64,000 nucleotides of DNA from Candidatus Alloenteromonas pullicola (lineage in GTDB: Bacteria > Bacillota_I > Bacilli_A > RFN20 > CAG-826), in NCBI GenBank assembly GCA_018714785.1, contig DVMV01000010.1, positions 6,648 to 70,647 on the forward strand. Direction: 5' to 3'. Numbering within the stretch: the first letter of the stretch is position 1; each line of letters starts with the position of its first letter. This document shows positions 44,741 to 53,744 of this stretch, in pieces. The position numbers and the translations under genes are program-made. The notes under the pieces were generated by a model. It was not told where the DNA came from. It was given only the letters and a program-made list of their open reading frames with translations, and ran no database searches.

Positions 44741-47425
44741 TTATGCGGCCCAGTCGGCGGCCGGGGCGAAGGAATCGAACTGATAGTTCAGAACCTCGTA
44801 TTCCTCGTCGGTCTCGACGTAGCCAAGCACCCAGGTGCCGTCGGTCACTTCGTCCATGCCCGACCAGCTGCCGTCGTCGGCCTGCAGTAACACGCCGAGA
44901 TAGCCATCGACGGTCTCGGCGACCATGACGGTCGCGACGTTCCCGCCGTCGAGGAGGGTGTAGGAGAAGACCCCGGTCTCGGGATCGATGTTGAACCCGA
45001 AGTAGTAGAGGTCATCGCCGACCTGGACGGTCGAGCGGGTGTTCTCCGGATCCTCGGGGTCGTAGTCTTTGATGGTGACCACGGTGTCCTTGTCGACCGC
45101 GGAGGCGACGTAGTCTTCCGTGAAGTCGGTGATGTAGTACCAGGTGCCGAACGGGTCGAAGTCGTCGGCCGGGAGCAAGGTGATGGAGAGCTCGGTCGGG
45201 TAGTCCTTCCAGTCGTCCATGTAGTAGTCGGACTGGACGGTGACGGTGATCTGGGTCTGCTCGGTGACGCTGGACTTGGTCGCGTCGGCGAAGAGGTAGT
45301 AGTAGCCGTCGCTGCCGAGGTAGGACCTGACATCCAAGGCATCGGAATCGGCTTCGAGGGTCACCGGCACGTTGTAGTCATACGGCGAGCCGATGATGCG
45401 GAAGGTGCGGGTTGTTCCGCAGGCCATGGTGAAGGAGGTGGAGGTGTCGAGGAGGTTCTGCGATTCGCTCCAGACGCCGTCCTTGCCGGTCAGGTAGAAT
45501 CCGCGGACGCGGGCGTTGTCGATGACCTCGACCTCGATCTCGACGCGGGGCGCGATGTCCTCGGGAAGGGCGGGGTTGCCGATGGTGATGGTCGCCTTGC
45601 CCGCCGAAAGCGGCATGAAGGTGAACCGGCCATAGCCGTCGACGTTGCCGATGACCTTGGTGTTGCTCGAGGAGAGGATGGTGAAGGTGGTCAGGTTGGA
45701 GTAGGTCCCGTAATCGTCGATGGTGAGGTCGAGGGCGGTGGCCTTGTCCGAGGTCAGGATCATGTGGTCATTCAGCGAGGCGGTCTGGACGAGGTTGCTC
45801 TTCTGGATGGCGTTCTTGTCGGCGTATTCGTCCCCAAGGTCGTCGTCGCGGATGGCGGCGGTCAGGGTCGAGGTGAAGTAGGCGGAGTCGTCATAGGTGT
45901 TCTTGCCGGTCGGCTCGCCATAGGTATAGGTGGCTTCCATGCTGCCGACGACGGTGCCGTTGTTCTCGTGCCCGGGGATTATCTGGTGGTTGGTGAAGTC
46001 GTAGTCGTCCTCGCCATAGCGCTTGGCGGAGTAGCTGATGCCGAGTATGCGTCCGGCCTCATCGAAGGAGGCGTCGACGGTGTAGGTGTAGTAGCTGACC
46101 TCCTTGTCGGCCTCATCGACGTAGGTAGAATTGGTGGTGTCGATCTCGCGCCAGGAGGTGAGGTTGACGTCGAAGCCGTCCTCGGTCTGCTCCGAGGTCA
46201 CGGTCCTGTCGAACAGGCCGAGCCCCTCGGTTCCGATATCGGCCGAGGCGTCGAATCCGACGTAGTAGGCATTTTGGATGTCGAAGCGGAGCGACTCCAT
46301 GCCGTGGGAGAAGCTGTGGGCCAGGTAGTTGGCGTCATGCTCGCTGACCTGGTAGCGGCCGTAGTCGTCCTGGATGTCGCCCTCGGTGGCCACGACGCCG
46401 TATTTGCCGGCGTGGGCCGAGGTGTTGGCCCCAGAGTAATGCTTCTCGCCCCACTCGACGTAGGAGTCGACTATGCGGTAGTAGTCGCGGGAGGCGTCAT
46501 AGACCTTGTTGACGACCCCAAGCGAGGTCCCGTCGGATACCTTGACCGCCTCGGCGTGGCTGCCGTCGGTGTAGTTGTCGTAGGTGTATTTGACGTCGTT
46601 GATGGCGTTGGTGTAGGCGATCTCGGAGACCCCGTCGAGGTTCATGGTCGATTCGGACCGGACCCGGCCCTCGAATAGGGCGTGGAAGGTGTTGACGTCG
46701 GAGGGGAGGACGTCCTGATGGACCTTCTTGATATAGCAGTGGCCCGCCGCCGGATCGGCGTTCTCGTCGTAATAGAAGTCGTAGGTCGCCCCGCCGGCGA
46801 GGATAAGCTCGCCATCGGCGTCGTCATAGGCCGACTCGACGTTGGCGAAGCACTTGGTGTAGTCGACGTCGATGACGGAGAGCTCGGTGCTCTTGACGTA
46901 GAAGGAGAACTGGGCATCGGAGGCGACTTTGACGTTGCGGGCGACGTAGAGGCCGCTGCCGGGCTCCTCTTCCTTGAGGACCGCGGCGATATCGCCTTGG
47001 ACGGTGACGTCGCCGGCGATGGACAGGCTGATCGAGATGGTGACCGAGCGGTTGGGCATCACGAAGCTCGCGTGGCCTTCGGAATCCACGGTCAAGGCGG
47101 TGCCGTTGTAGGTGAGCGACTTCAGGGTGTAGCCGTCGTCGACCACGACGGTCAGGTTGACGGTCTCGCCTTCGGCGGCGCGCTCCTTATCGGCGGTGAC
47201 GGTGGCGCCGGAGACGTTGTTGATGCGGATGATGTAGGTGGTGGCCTCCGTGGTGGTGGAGGTCGAGCTGCTGGTGTCCCCGCCAATGGGGGTGGTAGTG
47301 CTGGTGTTCGTATCGGTGCTGTCAGAAGCGTTTCCGCCGCCAGTTGCCGAGCTGGAGGCGTCGTTGCCGCAGGCGGCTAGGGCGAGGGCCGACAGGACCA
47401 ACAATAATGAAGCAGGTTTCTTCAT
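44741..47425 (-). CDS. Large surface lipoprotein (894 aa) with B-repeat/Ig-like domains
   Basis: Lipobox LSALALAAC and a long S/T/G tether. The N-terminal module YIIRINNVSGATVTADKERAAEGETVNLTVVVDDGYTLKSLTYNGTAL...VMPNRSVTISISL resembles divergent InlB B-repeat domains. A Big_2-like segment lies near residues ~590-650. Start ATG 47425 (AAGGAA upstream) or ATG 47443. Confidence 0.7.
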   Translation of the reverse strand: MKKPASLLLVLSALALAACGNDASSSATGGGNASDSTDTNTSTTTPIGGDTSSSTSTTTEATTYIIRINNVSGATVTADKERAAEGETVNLTVVVDDGYTLKSLTYNGTALTVDSEGHASFVMPNRSVTISISLSIAGDVTVQGDIAAVLKEEEPGSGLYVARNVKVASDAQFSFYVKSTELSVIDVDYTKCFANVESAYDDADGELILAGGATYDFYYDENADPAAGHCYIKKVHQDVLPSDVNTFHALFEGRVRSESTMNLDGVSEIAYTNAINDVKYTYDNYTDGSHAEAVKVSDGTSLGVVNKVYDASRDYYRIVDSYVEWGEKHYSGANTSAHAGKYGVVATEGDIQDDYGRYQVSEHDANYLAHSFSHGMESLRFDIQNAYYVGFDASADIGTEGLGLFDRTVTSEQTEDGFDVNLTSWREIDTTNSTYVDEADKEVSYYTYTVDASFDEAGRILGISYSAKRYGEDDYDFTNHQIIPGHENNGTVVGSMEATYTYGEPTGKNTYDDSAYFTSTLTAAIRDDDLGDEYADKNAIQKSNLVQTASLNDHMILTSDKATALDLTIDDYGTYSNLTTFTILSSSNTKVIGNVDGYGRFTFMPLSAGKATITIGNPALPEDIAPRVEIEVEVIDNARVRGFYLTGKDGVWSESQNLLDTSTSFTMACGTTRTFRIIGSPYDYNVPVTLEADSDALDVRSYLGSDGYYYLFADATKSSVTEQTQITVTVQSDYYMDDWKDYPTELSITLLPADDFDPFGTWYYITDFTEDYVASAVDKDTVVTIKDYDPEDPENTRSTVQVGDDLYYFGFNIDPETGVFSYTLLDGGNVATVMVAETVDGYLGVLLQADDGSWSGMDEVTDGTWVLGYVETDEEYEVLNYQFDSFAPAADWAA

Positions 47426-47457
47426 TGTTTTTTTCCTTTCCATTTTTATTTATTCTT

Positions 47458-48270
47458 CTATTCCGACATTACCGGAAAGAAAACATCGACGACCCCACCG
47501 GATGACATCGGGTGGGCAACGTACCCATTGAGGGTCACGTTGATTTGGACCATGGTCAGCGAATCGCCGGTCTGGTTCTGCCAATCGGTGATCATCAGGA
47601 CGTGCTCGTTGTTGCTTATCCCGCGGTATTCGTACGAGAACTCTATCGGGGGATCGAGCACGATGGTTCCCGACCCGGTTCCCCTATCCTCGCCGGAGAC
47701 CATGCCGGTCCCGCCGGGGAAGAAGTAGATGTCCATGCCGGTGATGTAGGCGGATTCGTAGTGATCGACTTCGTTGACCATGAAGTCCTCGAGCTCCTCG
47801 ATGGTGGATAGCCTCGGGCGGAAGGTCAGGACGTAGCGGTAATGGAGGTAGTCCTCCGAATCGTAGATGCATAGCACCGCGCGGCCCGGCTTGAGGCCGG
47901 TCCAGCTGAGGGTTCCGGACCCGCAGGTCACCTCGGCCACCCCGTTGTCGGTGATTGTGGCATAGGCCCCGACGGTCGAGAAGCTGGTGAAGCTGAAGGT
48001 CCCGTTGTAGGTGATGCCGACGGTGAAGGGGATGTCGACCGCGGCGTCGAGCAGATCCCCTCCTAAGCCGATGGTGTCGCTGACCTCGTCGGACTTGTCC
48101 CACTCGACGTCGGTGAAGTCATCCTCATCCGGCGTGGTGGCGTCGGGGGTGGAGGACGATTCGGAATCGGATGAGCCGGGCGCGGTTGAGGTCGAGGCGC
48201 CCGCCCCGCCATCGCACCCGGCTAGGGCGAGGATGGCGAACAGGCTTAATGGCAATAGTTTCTTGTTCAT
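47458..48270 (-). CDS. Surface lipoprotein, 270 aa, unknown family
   Basis: MNKKLLPLSLFAILALAGC lipobox and an S/T/D/E tether. AGGAG SD 7 nt upstream of the ATG at 48270. Confidence 0.65.
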   Translation of the reverse strand: MNKKLLPLSLFAILALAGCDGGAGASTSTAPGSSDSESSSTPDATTPDEDDFTDVEWDKSDEVSDTIGLGGDLLDAAVDIPFTVGITYNGTFSFTSFSTVGAYATITDNGVAEVTCGSGTLSWTGLKPGRAVLCIYDSEDYLHYRYVLTFRPRLSTIEELEDFMVNEVDHYESAYITGMDIYFFPGGTGMVSGEDRGTGSGTIVLDPPIEFSYEYRGISNNEHVLMITDWQNQTGDSLTMVQINVTLNGYVAHPMSSGGVVDVFFPVMSE

Positions 48271-48286
48271 ATTCACTCCTTGCAAA

Positions 48287-49720
48287 TCACTGATCGATTA
48301 TGTTCTCGTCGATCCACTGGTCGACGCATGGTATCGCGGCGCTGCCGAACCCGTCGTAGCTGAACGAGGCGGCGACGCGCGATCCGTTGACCATCATGTT
48401 CAAGATGAAGTTCACGTCCGCCACGTTGCCTGAGGTATCGTCGACGTAGATGATGAGCGATTCGACCGAGAGCGATGTCACGGTAATGGAGGCCTGAAGC
48501 GAATTCAGTACCTGGGAGTTATAGAAGAAATCAAGCAGGATCTGCGAGTTTTCCGTGATGAATCCGCTCCCTTTGAAGTCGTAGGCCTCCGATTCATATG
48601 GGGCGAAGAACTGAAACATGTGGTCCCACATTATCATCTTGGATGGGTAATCCATGATATCGGCCATGTTCGAGATGTTGGTCGTGAAGGCCGGGGCATA
48701 GAGCATCACGTTGGTGAGGGTCTTCATGTCCTGCGACAGCATGAACTTGTAGGCGCCGTCGAGGGCGATTGGCTCATCGACCCCCTCGCCGACGTAGTAC
48801 TTCTGCGGCAATGAGACGTAGCCGGTGGAGAAGATGTAGTAGGCGCTATCGGTATAACCGCCGTACCAATAATCGGGGGTATATACCTCGACGCCGATCT
48901 CCTTGCGCTCGGCTTCGGGGGTGTAGGTAAGCGACTCGTAGGTCCGCTTGTAGAAGCGCTCGGTCTTGAATGCGTTGGCAGCCGCCACCAGTGAGGAATC
49001 GTAGACGGAGGCGCCGGAGGTCGCCAGATAGTCGGTGACCTCGCCCGAGGTGGAGTTGGAGAATGTCGATAGCATCGTCTCATAGACGTAGTCGGTGCCG
49101 TCGAAATTGGCTTCGATGCTCAGCACCAGCCTGTCGAACCCGGAAGCCAAGGTCCTGATCTCGGCATGGACCGAGGTCACGTCGGAGATCAAGGTCGTGT
49201 CCAAAACGTTGAACTTCAGCATCTGGAGTCGGGCGTCCTTGTTGGTTATCTCGATGCTCCTGGCTTCCTTGTCCTTGACGGCGTCCTCGCTAAGCAAAGG
49301 GGTGGTGAACAGATCGCCGTCCCAAATCGAGGTCAGCTTTTTGCCCGAGGCGTCAAGATAGGCGTCGGAGGCGACCATGTTGCCCTGCTCGTCCAAGTTG
49401 AGCCGGAAAACGGATCCGTCCTTGTAGGCGAATCCTTCCTCGGCCCCCTCGTAGTCGCACCAGGTGAAGTCCTCGGTGTAGACGTTGGAGTAGGTCGTGC
49501 TTACCCCGCCGTTGGCGGTGACGGTCGTGTCGGCCGTGAAGTTGTGGGCCCCTTTCATGGTGGACAGGGCGGAGTAGACCGAAGTGTAGTCGATCTCCTT
49601 CGGGGCATTGCCGGTCGACGAGCCAAAACCCGAGCTTTCACTCGGGCCGTTGGCACATCCTGTCAGGAGGCCGGACGCCAGAAGCAGCAGGCCCCCTTTA
49701 AGTTTGGTTTTAGTGTGCAT
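48287..49720 (-). CDS. Surface lipoprotein, 477 aa, unknown family
   Basis: MHTKTKLKGGLLLLASGLLTGC lipobox. AGGAGG SD upstream of the ATG at 49720. The longer tracked ORF has no signal-peptide logic. Confidence 0.65.
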   Translation of the reverse strand: MHTKTKLKGGLLLLASGLLTGCANGPSESSGFGSSTGNAPKEIDYTSVYSALSTMKGAHNFTADTTVTANGGVSTTYSNVYTEDFTWCDYEGAEEGFAYKDGSVFRLNLDEQGNMVASDAYLDASGKKLTSIWDGDLFTTPLLSEDAVKDKEARSIEITNKDARLQMLKFNVLDTTLISDVTSVHAEIRTLASGFDRLVLSIEANFDGTDYVYETMLSTFSNSTSGEVTDYLATSGASVYDSSLVAAANAFKTERFYKRTYESLTYTPEAERKEIGVEVYTPDYWYGGYTDSAYYIFSTGYVSLPQKYYVGEGVDEPIALDGAYKFMLSQDMKTLTNVMLYAPAFTTNISNMADIMDYPSKMIMWDHMFQFFAPYESEAYDFKGSGFITENSQILLDFFYNSQVLNSLQASITVTSLSVESLIIYVDDTSGNVADVNFILNMMVNGSRVAASFSYDGFGSAAIPCVDQWIDENIIDQ

Positions 49721-49748
49721 ATTCCTCCTGGGATGTGGTTGCGATTGT

Positions 49749-52700
49749 TTACGAGATCGCGGTTGGCTCAATGTTGAGGCTGAGCCCATAGGCTTCGGAT
49801 GCGGCGGGAATCTTGAGCTTCAGATAGTAAGTGGTACCGGCGGTCAGGTTGACGGTGACGTAGAAGTCCCACTTGTATATCGTCTCAGGATGCCTGTTGT
49901 TGTCGTCGTCGGCGCCTTCGCCATCGACTAAGGATAGGGCGGTGGCGGTGGCTTCCGGAGAATCGTAGACCCCATATATCTTGGCATCAAGTCCGGAGTT
50001 GGTCATACCATCGATGGTTTTGGAGTAGATCTTGTACAGGCCGGTGGTCGAGGCGGTGAACTTGAACCAGACCCCATCGCGCTGCGACGACTCCTGCAGA
50101 TGGGTGATTTCGTTGGCGCCTTCGTCGACCGAATAGGCGTTGGCGGCGCTGGTGCCGTCCTCGACGCTATTCGAGTAAACGGCGGTGATGGTTTGCTCGC
50201 CTTCCCCTACCACTTTGACGATCAGCTCATCGCCGGTGGCGACCTTGACGAATTGCTCGTCGCCGGGGGCAAGGGTCAGCTTCTCGGTGCCATTGAGGAG
50301 CACCTTGGCCGATCCGGTGGCCGCTTCGTCTAAGGAAACCGTGTAGTAGCCATCGGCCTCGGCGACGTCCTTATAGTGGATGCCGGCTTCCGATCCAGCC
50401 AAGGCGACCGGCTGGCCGGTGAGCCAATCCGTCTCGATCGCCAAGGAGACAAGCTCCCCGGGGGCGGCAAGCTTCGCGCCTATGTATAGCCCGGTCGCGT
50501 CATCGCTATGCCATCCGATATTGGCTTGGGCATAGTAGGTGACGCCGGCCTCTAGCTGCATCTCCCAGGCGAAGTCGTAGCGATAGGTGGTGTAGGAATG
50601 GGCGCCCTCGTCATCGTCGTCGCCGACCATGTCGAGCTTCTCCTCGGAGCCTTCGGCATAGACGCCCCTGAGCGCGGTGTCGATGTTTGTCGACTTGCTG
50701 TAGACGGTGTAGGTCCCGGTTTCGGAAACCGTGAACTTGAACCAGTAGCTGCCGGGGTCTTGGCCGATCAGGTAGTCGATGTTGGCCTCGCCGGCTTCTT
50801 CGATGCCATCGGTCAGGTCGTAGGCGGTGTCGCGGGTCTGCCCATCCTCATAGGTGTCCTGGAGGGCCCAGGTGAGGGTGACGTCCCCGTCGGCTCCGTC
50901 GATCTTGAGGTAGACGGCCTCCCCGGCGGTGAGCTTGGTTCCGATCTTCCCGCCCATCGCGGTCGAGAGCGATTCGCTGCCCTCGGCATCGACGAAGTGG
51001 AGCTCGGCGTTCTCATTGCCCTCGGCGAGGGTCACGACGAGGTACTTCCCGCCGGCCGCCTCGGTTGGGGTGTAGGCGAGGAAGAACCCATCGGCCTTGG
51101 CGGCGTAGGTCCCGGTCGCGCTGGCTTCCATGTCGACCGAAAGCGGGCGTCCGATGTAATCGCCGTCTGCGACTTGGGACATGGTGAATTGGAACATCGT
51201 CGAGGTGGAAGAGGTCGTGTTGTAGCCAATCTCGATGGTGTAGGTGCCCTCAGCTAGGTGGGAGCGGCTGAGCAGCTCGCCTCCGTATGAGGAGCCTCCG
51301 TACCATCCAGAAGATGTGCCTTCCTCGACGGTCTTGGCTATGACCTCGGCCCCCTCCGCGTCATAGACGACGAAGTATTTGGCGTAGGAGTCGCTCCCGC
51401 CTTCGAGCAGGAACGCGTAGTCGCCCTCCTCGACGGTCACGGTGCGGTATTCGCTATGGCCGTTGAGCAAGGAGGTGGTGACGGTCTCGCCAAGCGTTAT
51501 CGGCGCGGGGTTGCCCATGGTCGATCCGGCCGGGGCATCGCCGATCAATAGGGTGGTGTGCTCCTCGTCGGTTGTCGGATCGTTGAAGGAAACGGCGATT
51601 ATGTAGGTGTGGCCGGCCTCGGCATCGAGGATGATGGTCGAGTCGGAGGTGCCTCTGTCATCGCCGACGGAGGTGACGTTAGCTGGGTCGGTGACGTCGT
51701 AGATGGTGACGTCGGACCAGCAGTAGTTGGTGCGGCCTATGGTGAGCGCCAGGCTTTCGCTGGTGCCGGCTTCGTATTTGTAGAGGACATCCGGGCTCGC
51801 GGAGTCGTAGTTGTCCTGGCGGACCTCGGCCTCAGTGCCTTTGGCGATACTCTGGCAGGTGCTGGGATCGTCGTTGTCGTGGTCGGCGAATTTGACGACG
51901 AGGTTGCCATACCAGGCATCGTAGTAGGTGGTATCGCCCAACGGGTCGACCAGCAGGCAATATGTCTTGCCCGGCTCGGCCTTGAAGCGGATGCCGCCGT
52001 CGTTGCCGACTTCCTGGACCACCGAGTCGTCGGCCGGGGTATCCTCGCCGATCTCATCGATGAGATTGGCATCATCGAAGGTACCTTCGTAGACGCTGAT
52101 CTTGGTGTAGAGCCACGAAGTCGGGCTGTCATCCGAGCTCTCCGATAGATCTTCGTCGACGTAGATATAGCGCCAATCCTCGGCCGCATCGGCGGGATGG
52201 GTGTAGGTCATGTAGACCTTGTCGAACCCTTCGACTATCTCGAAGCTCATCTGCCCGGTGGTGGTTAGGGCATAAGGATTCTCGGCGCTGACCCCAGGCC
52301 CGAAATCCTCGTAAATCGCGTATATGTCGAGGTCGTCGTTGACCGTAGCGGCCGGATCCCAAGGCGTGGTTCCCTCTGGATCGAGGTACCATCCCTTGAA
52401 CCGCTTTCCGGTCAGCTTGGGATTGCCGGGGGCCTCGGTGGCCTTTCCGCCGATGACGGTGGTCTCATAATCTCCGGTCAGATCGCCAATTGCCCCTTCG
52501 CCGATGTGCCAAGTGATGGTGTGCAGGACGGTGTCGGAGCAGATGACGTTGTCTATGAACAATCCGTTCCCGGCGTTGTCCTCGGTCTTGAGGGCTTCCC
52601 ATTCGGCGGTCGTCCCGGCGTAGTTGACCTGCTTGACCGATCCCGCGGCCGAGACGAGGCTATTAGGGAGGGACTCGACGTCGGCCGAGACGTTGAACAC

Positions 52701-53744
52701 CAGGTCGGACTGCTCGAAGTAGGTCGAGAACGTGGTCAGGTTTATCGCGTCGTAGTTGACGGTCTTGAGTCCGCTGGCCCGGAGCGAGGAGTTCGAAACG
52801 GTAACCAGGTCGCGAGGAAGCGTGAGCTCGGTCAATGCGCTGCAGCCGGACAAGCAATAGGAATCGAAGAATTTGATAGTGTCGGGCAAAGTCAGCGAAG
52901 TGATGTGGCTGAAGTACTCGAATGCCCCGTTGGCCCCGGTGAGGTCGGCTTTCTCGGAAAGCGCGGTGACCTTGCCCATGAAGGTGGCGACCGGGCCGGC
53001 GTAGGTGTAGTAGTTCTCGGGTATCACGACCGGGCCGGTTACGTCGGTGTCCTTGTAGGCGCCGTATTCACCCTCATATCCCTCGGCGGTCAAGGCGATG
53101 AACTTGCAGTTCACGGCCTGATCGCCCTCGATGCCAACCGCGTTGCAGGTGATGGTCGCGGAGCTGTTGGTCGCGCCGGCCTCGACGCCGACTTTTACCT
53201 CAAGCAGGTCCAGGAGGTGGTCTTCCGGTATGTCCTTGAGGGTATAGACGATGTAGTAAGGCGAATCGGCGGTGGCGGCCTCGTCTAGCTCAGGGGCCTC
53301 GCCCGCCGTGTCGTACCACTTGATCTCCGGATTGCCCTTAAGCGATGAATAGGCGTATCCGACGGCTATGGTCTTCGCGGCCTTGACCTCGGTCCCGTCT
53401 TGGGCGGTGACCTTCCTGGTGATGTAGGCAGAGGTCACGCCGGAAACGGTGTTGAGCTTGGCGTAGACGCGGACGTCCTTGGTCCCGGCGGCCTCGCCGT
53501 CTTGGACCAATAGCCCTACTTTTGCGTCGATTGTGGGGGTCGCGGTGAGGTCGGTCGCCCCATCGTCGACGCCTAGCTTGACCCTGGCGCCGATGGCGTC
53601 TTCGGGAAGGGTGGCGTCCTGAAGGACCTCATTGCCCTTGGCCGGGGCCTTTTGCAGGGCCAATCCGACCCCAGCCCCGATGAGGCTCAGTCCTAGGCAG
53701 GAGGCGGCGGAGATTATCAGAAGCTTGTTCTTTTTCATTTTCAT
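49749..53744 (-). CDS. Giant (1331 aa) secreted or anchored surface protein: BspA-type leucine-rich repeats, a Listeria-Bacteroides (InlB B-type) repeat, and about 7-8 PPC-like beta-sandwich modules
   Basis: Hydrophobic N-terminus MKMKKNKLLIISAASCLGLSLIGAGVGLAL. LRR segment FSHITSLTLPDTIKFFDSYCLSGCSALTELTLPRDLVTVSNSSL. B-repeat FKGWYLDPEGTTPWDPAATVNDDLDIYAIYE. Recurrent ...AGTTYYLKLKI / EGTYTIEIGY / AGHTYIIAVSF endings are typical of pre-peptidase C-terminal-like domains. ATGA overlap with the upstream gene. Confidence 0.75.
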   Translation of the reverse strand: MKMKKNKLLIISAASCLGLSLIGAGVGLALQKAPAKGNEVLQDATLPEDAIGARVKLGVDDGATDLTATPTIDAKVGLLVQDGEAAGTKDVRVYAKLNTVSGVTSAYITRKVTAQDGTEVKAAKTIAVGYAYSSLKGNPEIKWYDTAGEAPELDEAATADSPYYIVYTLKDIPEDHLLDLLEVKVGVEAGATNSSATITCNAVGIEGDQAVNCKFIALTAEGYEGEYGAYKDTDVTGPVVIPENYYTYAGPVATFMGKVTALSEKADLTGANGAFEYFSHITSLTLPDTIKFFDSYCLSGCSALTELTLPRDLVTVSNSSLRASGLKTVNYDAINLTTFSTYFEQSDLVFNVSADVESLPNSLVSAAGSVKQVNYAGTTAEWEALKTEDNAGNGLFIDNVICSDTVLHTITWHIGEGAIGDLTGDYETTVIGGKATEAPGNPKLTGKRFKGWYLDPEGTTPWDPAATVNDDLDIYAIYEDFGPGVSAENPYALTTTGQMSFEIVEGFDKVYMTYTHPADAAEDWRYIYVDEDLSESSDDSPTSWLYTKISVYEGTFDDANLIDEIGEDTPADDSVVQEVGNDGGIRFKAEPGKTYCLLVDPLGDTTYYDAWYGNLVVKFADHDNDDPSTCQSIAKGTEAEVRQDNYDSASPDVLYKYEAGTSESLALTIGRTNYCWSDVTIYDVTDPANVTSVGDDRGTSDSTIILDAEAGHTYIIAVSFNDPTTDEEHTTLLIGDAPAGSTMGNPAPITLGETVTTSLLNGHSEYRTVTVEEGDYAFLLEGGSDSYAKYFVVYDAEGAEVIAKTVEEGTSSGWYGGSSYGGELLSRSHLAEGTYTIEIGYNTTSSTSTMFQFTMSQVADGDYIGRPLSVDMEASATGTYAAKADGFFLAYTPTEAAGGKYLVVTLAEGNENAELHFVDAEGSESLSTAMGGKIGTKLTAGEAVYLKIDGADGDVTLTWALQDTYEDGQTRDTAYDLTDGIEEAGEANIDYLIGQDPGSYWFKFTVSETGTYTVYSKSTNIDTALRGVYAEGSEEKLDMVGDDDDEGAHSYTTYRYDFAWEMQLEAGVTYYAQANIGWHSDDATGLYIGAKLAAPGELVSLAIETDWLTGQPVALAGSEAGIHYKDVAEADGYYTVSLDEAATGSAKVLLNGTEKLTLAPGDEQFVKVATGDELIVKVVGEGEQTITAVYSNSVEDGTSAANAYSVDEGANEITHLQESSQRDGVWFKFTASTTGLYKIYSKTIDGMTNSGLDAKIYGVYDSPEATATALSLVDGEGADDDNNRHPETIYKWDFYVTVNLTAGTTYYLKLKIPAASEAYGLSLNIEPTAIS

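Noticed and set aside
44469-44783. Small ORFs (67 and 104 aa on the plus strand, 64 aa on the minus strand) in the gap between the convergent lipoprotein genes
   Set aside because: They are R/P/A-rich with no SD and overlap both terminator hairpins. The region is treated as non-coding (see the MITE/sRNA finding).
53700-53744. Lipoprotein call for the 1331-aa giant protein (Cys in ...IISAASC)
   Set aside because: The hydrophobic stretch before the Cys is only ~8 residues and hydrophobic sequence continues after it (LGLSLIGAGVGLAL). A signal anchor or ordinary signal peptide is equally likely, so I describe it only as secreted or anchored.
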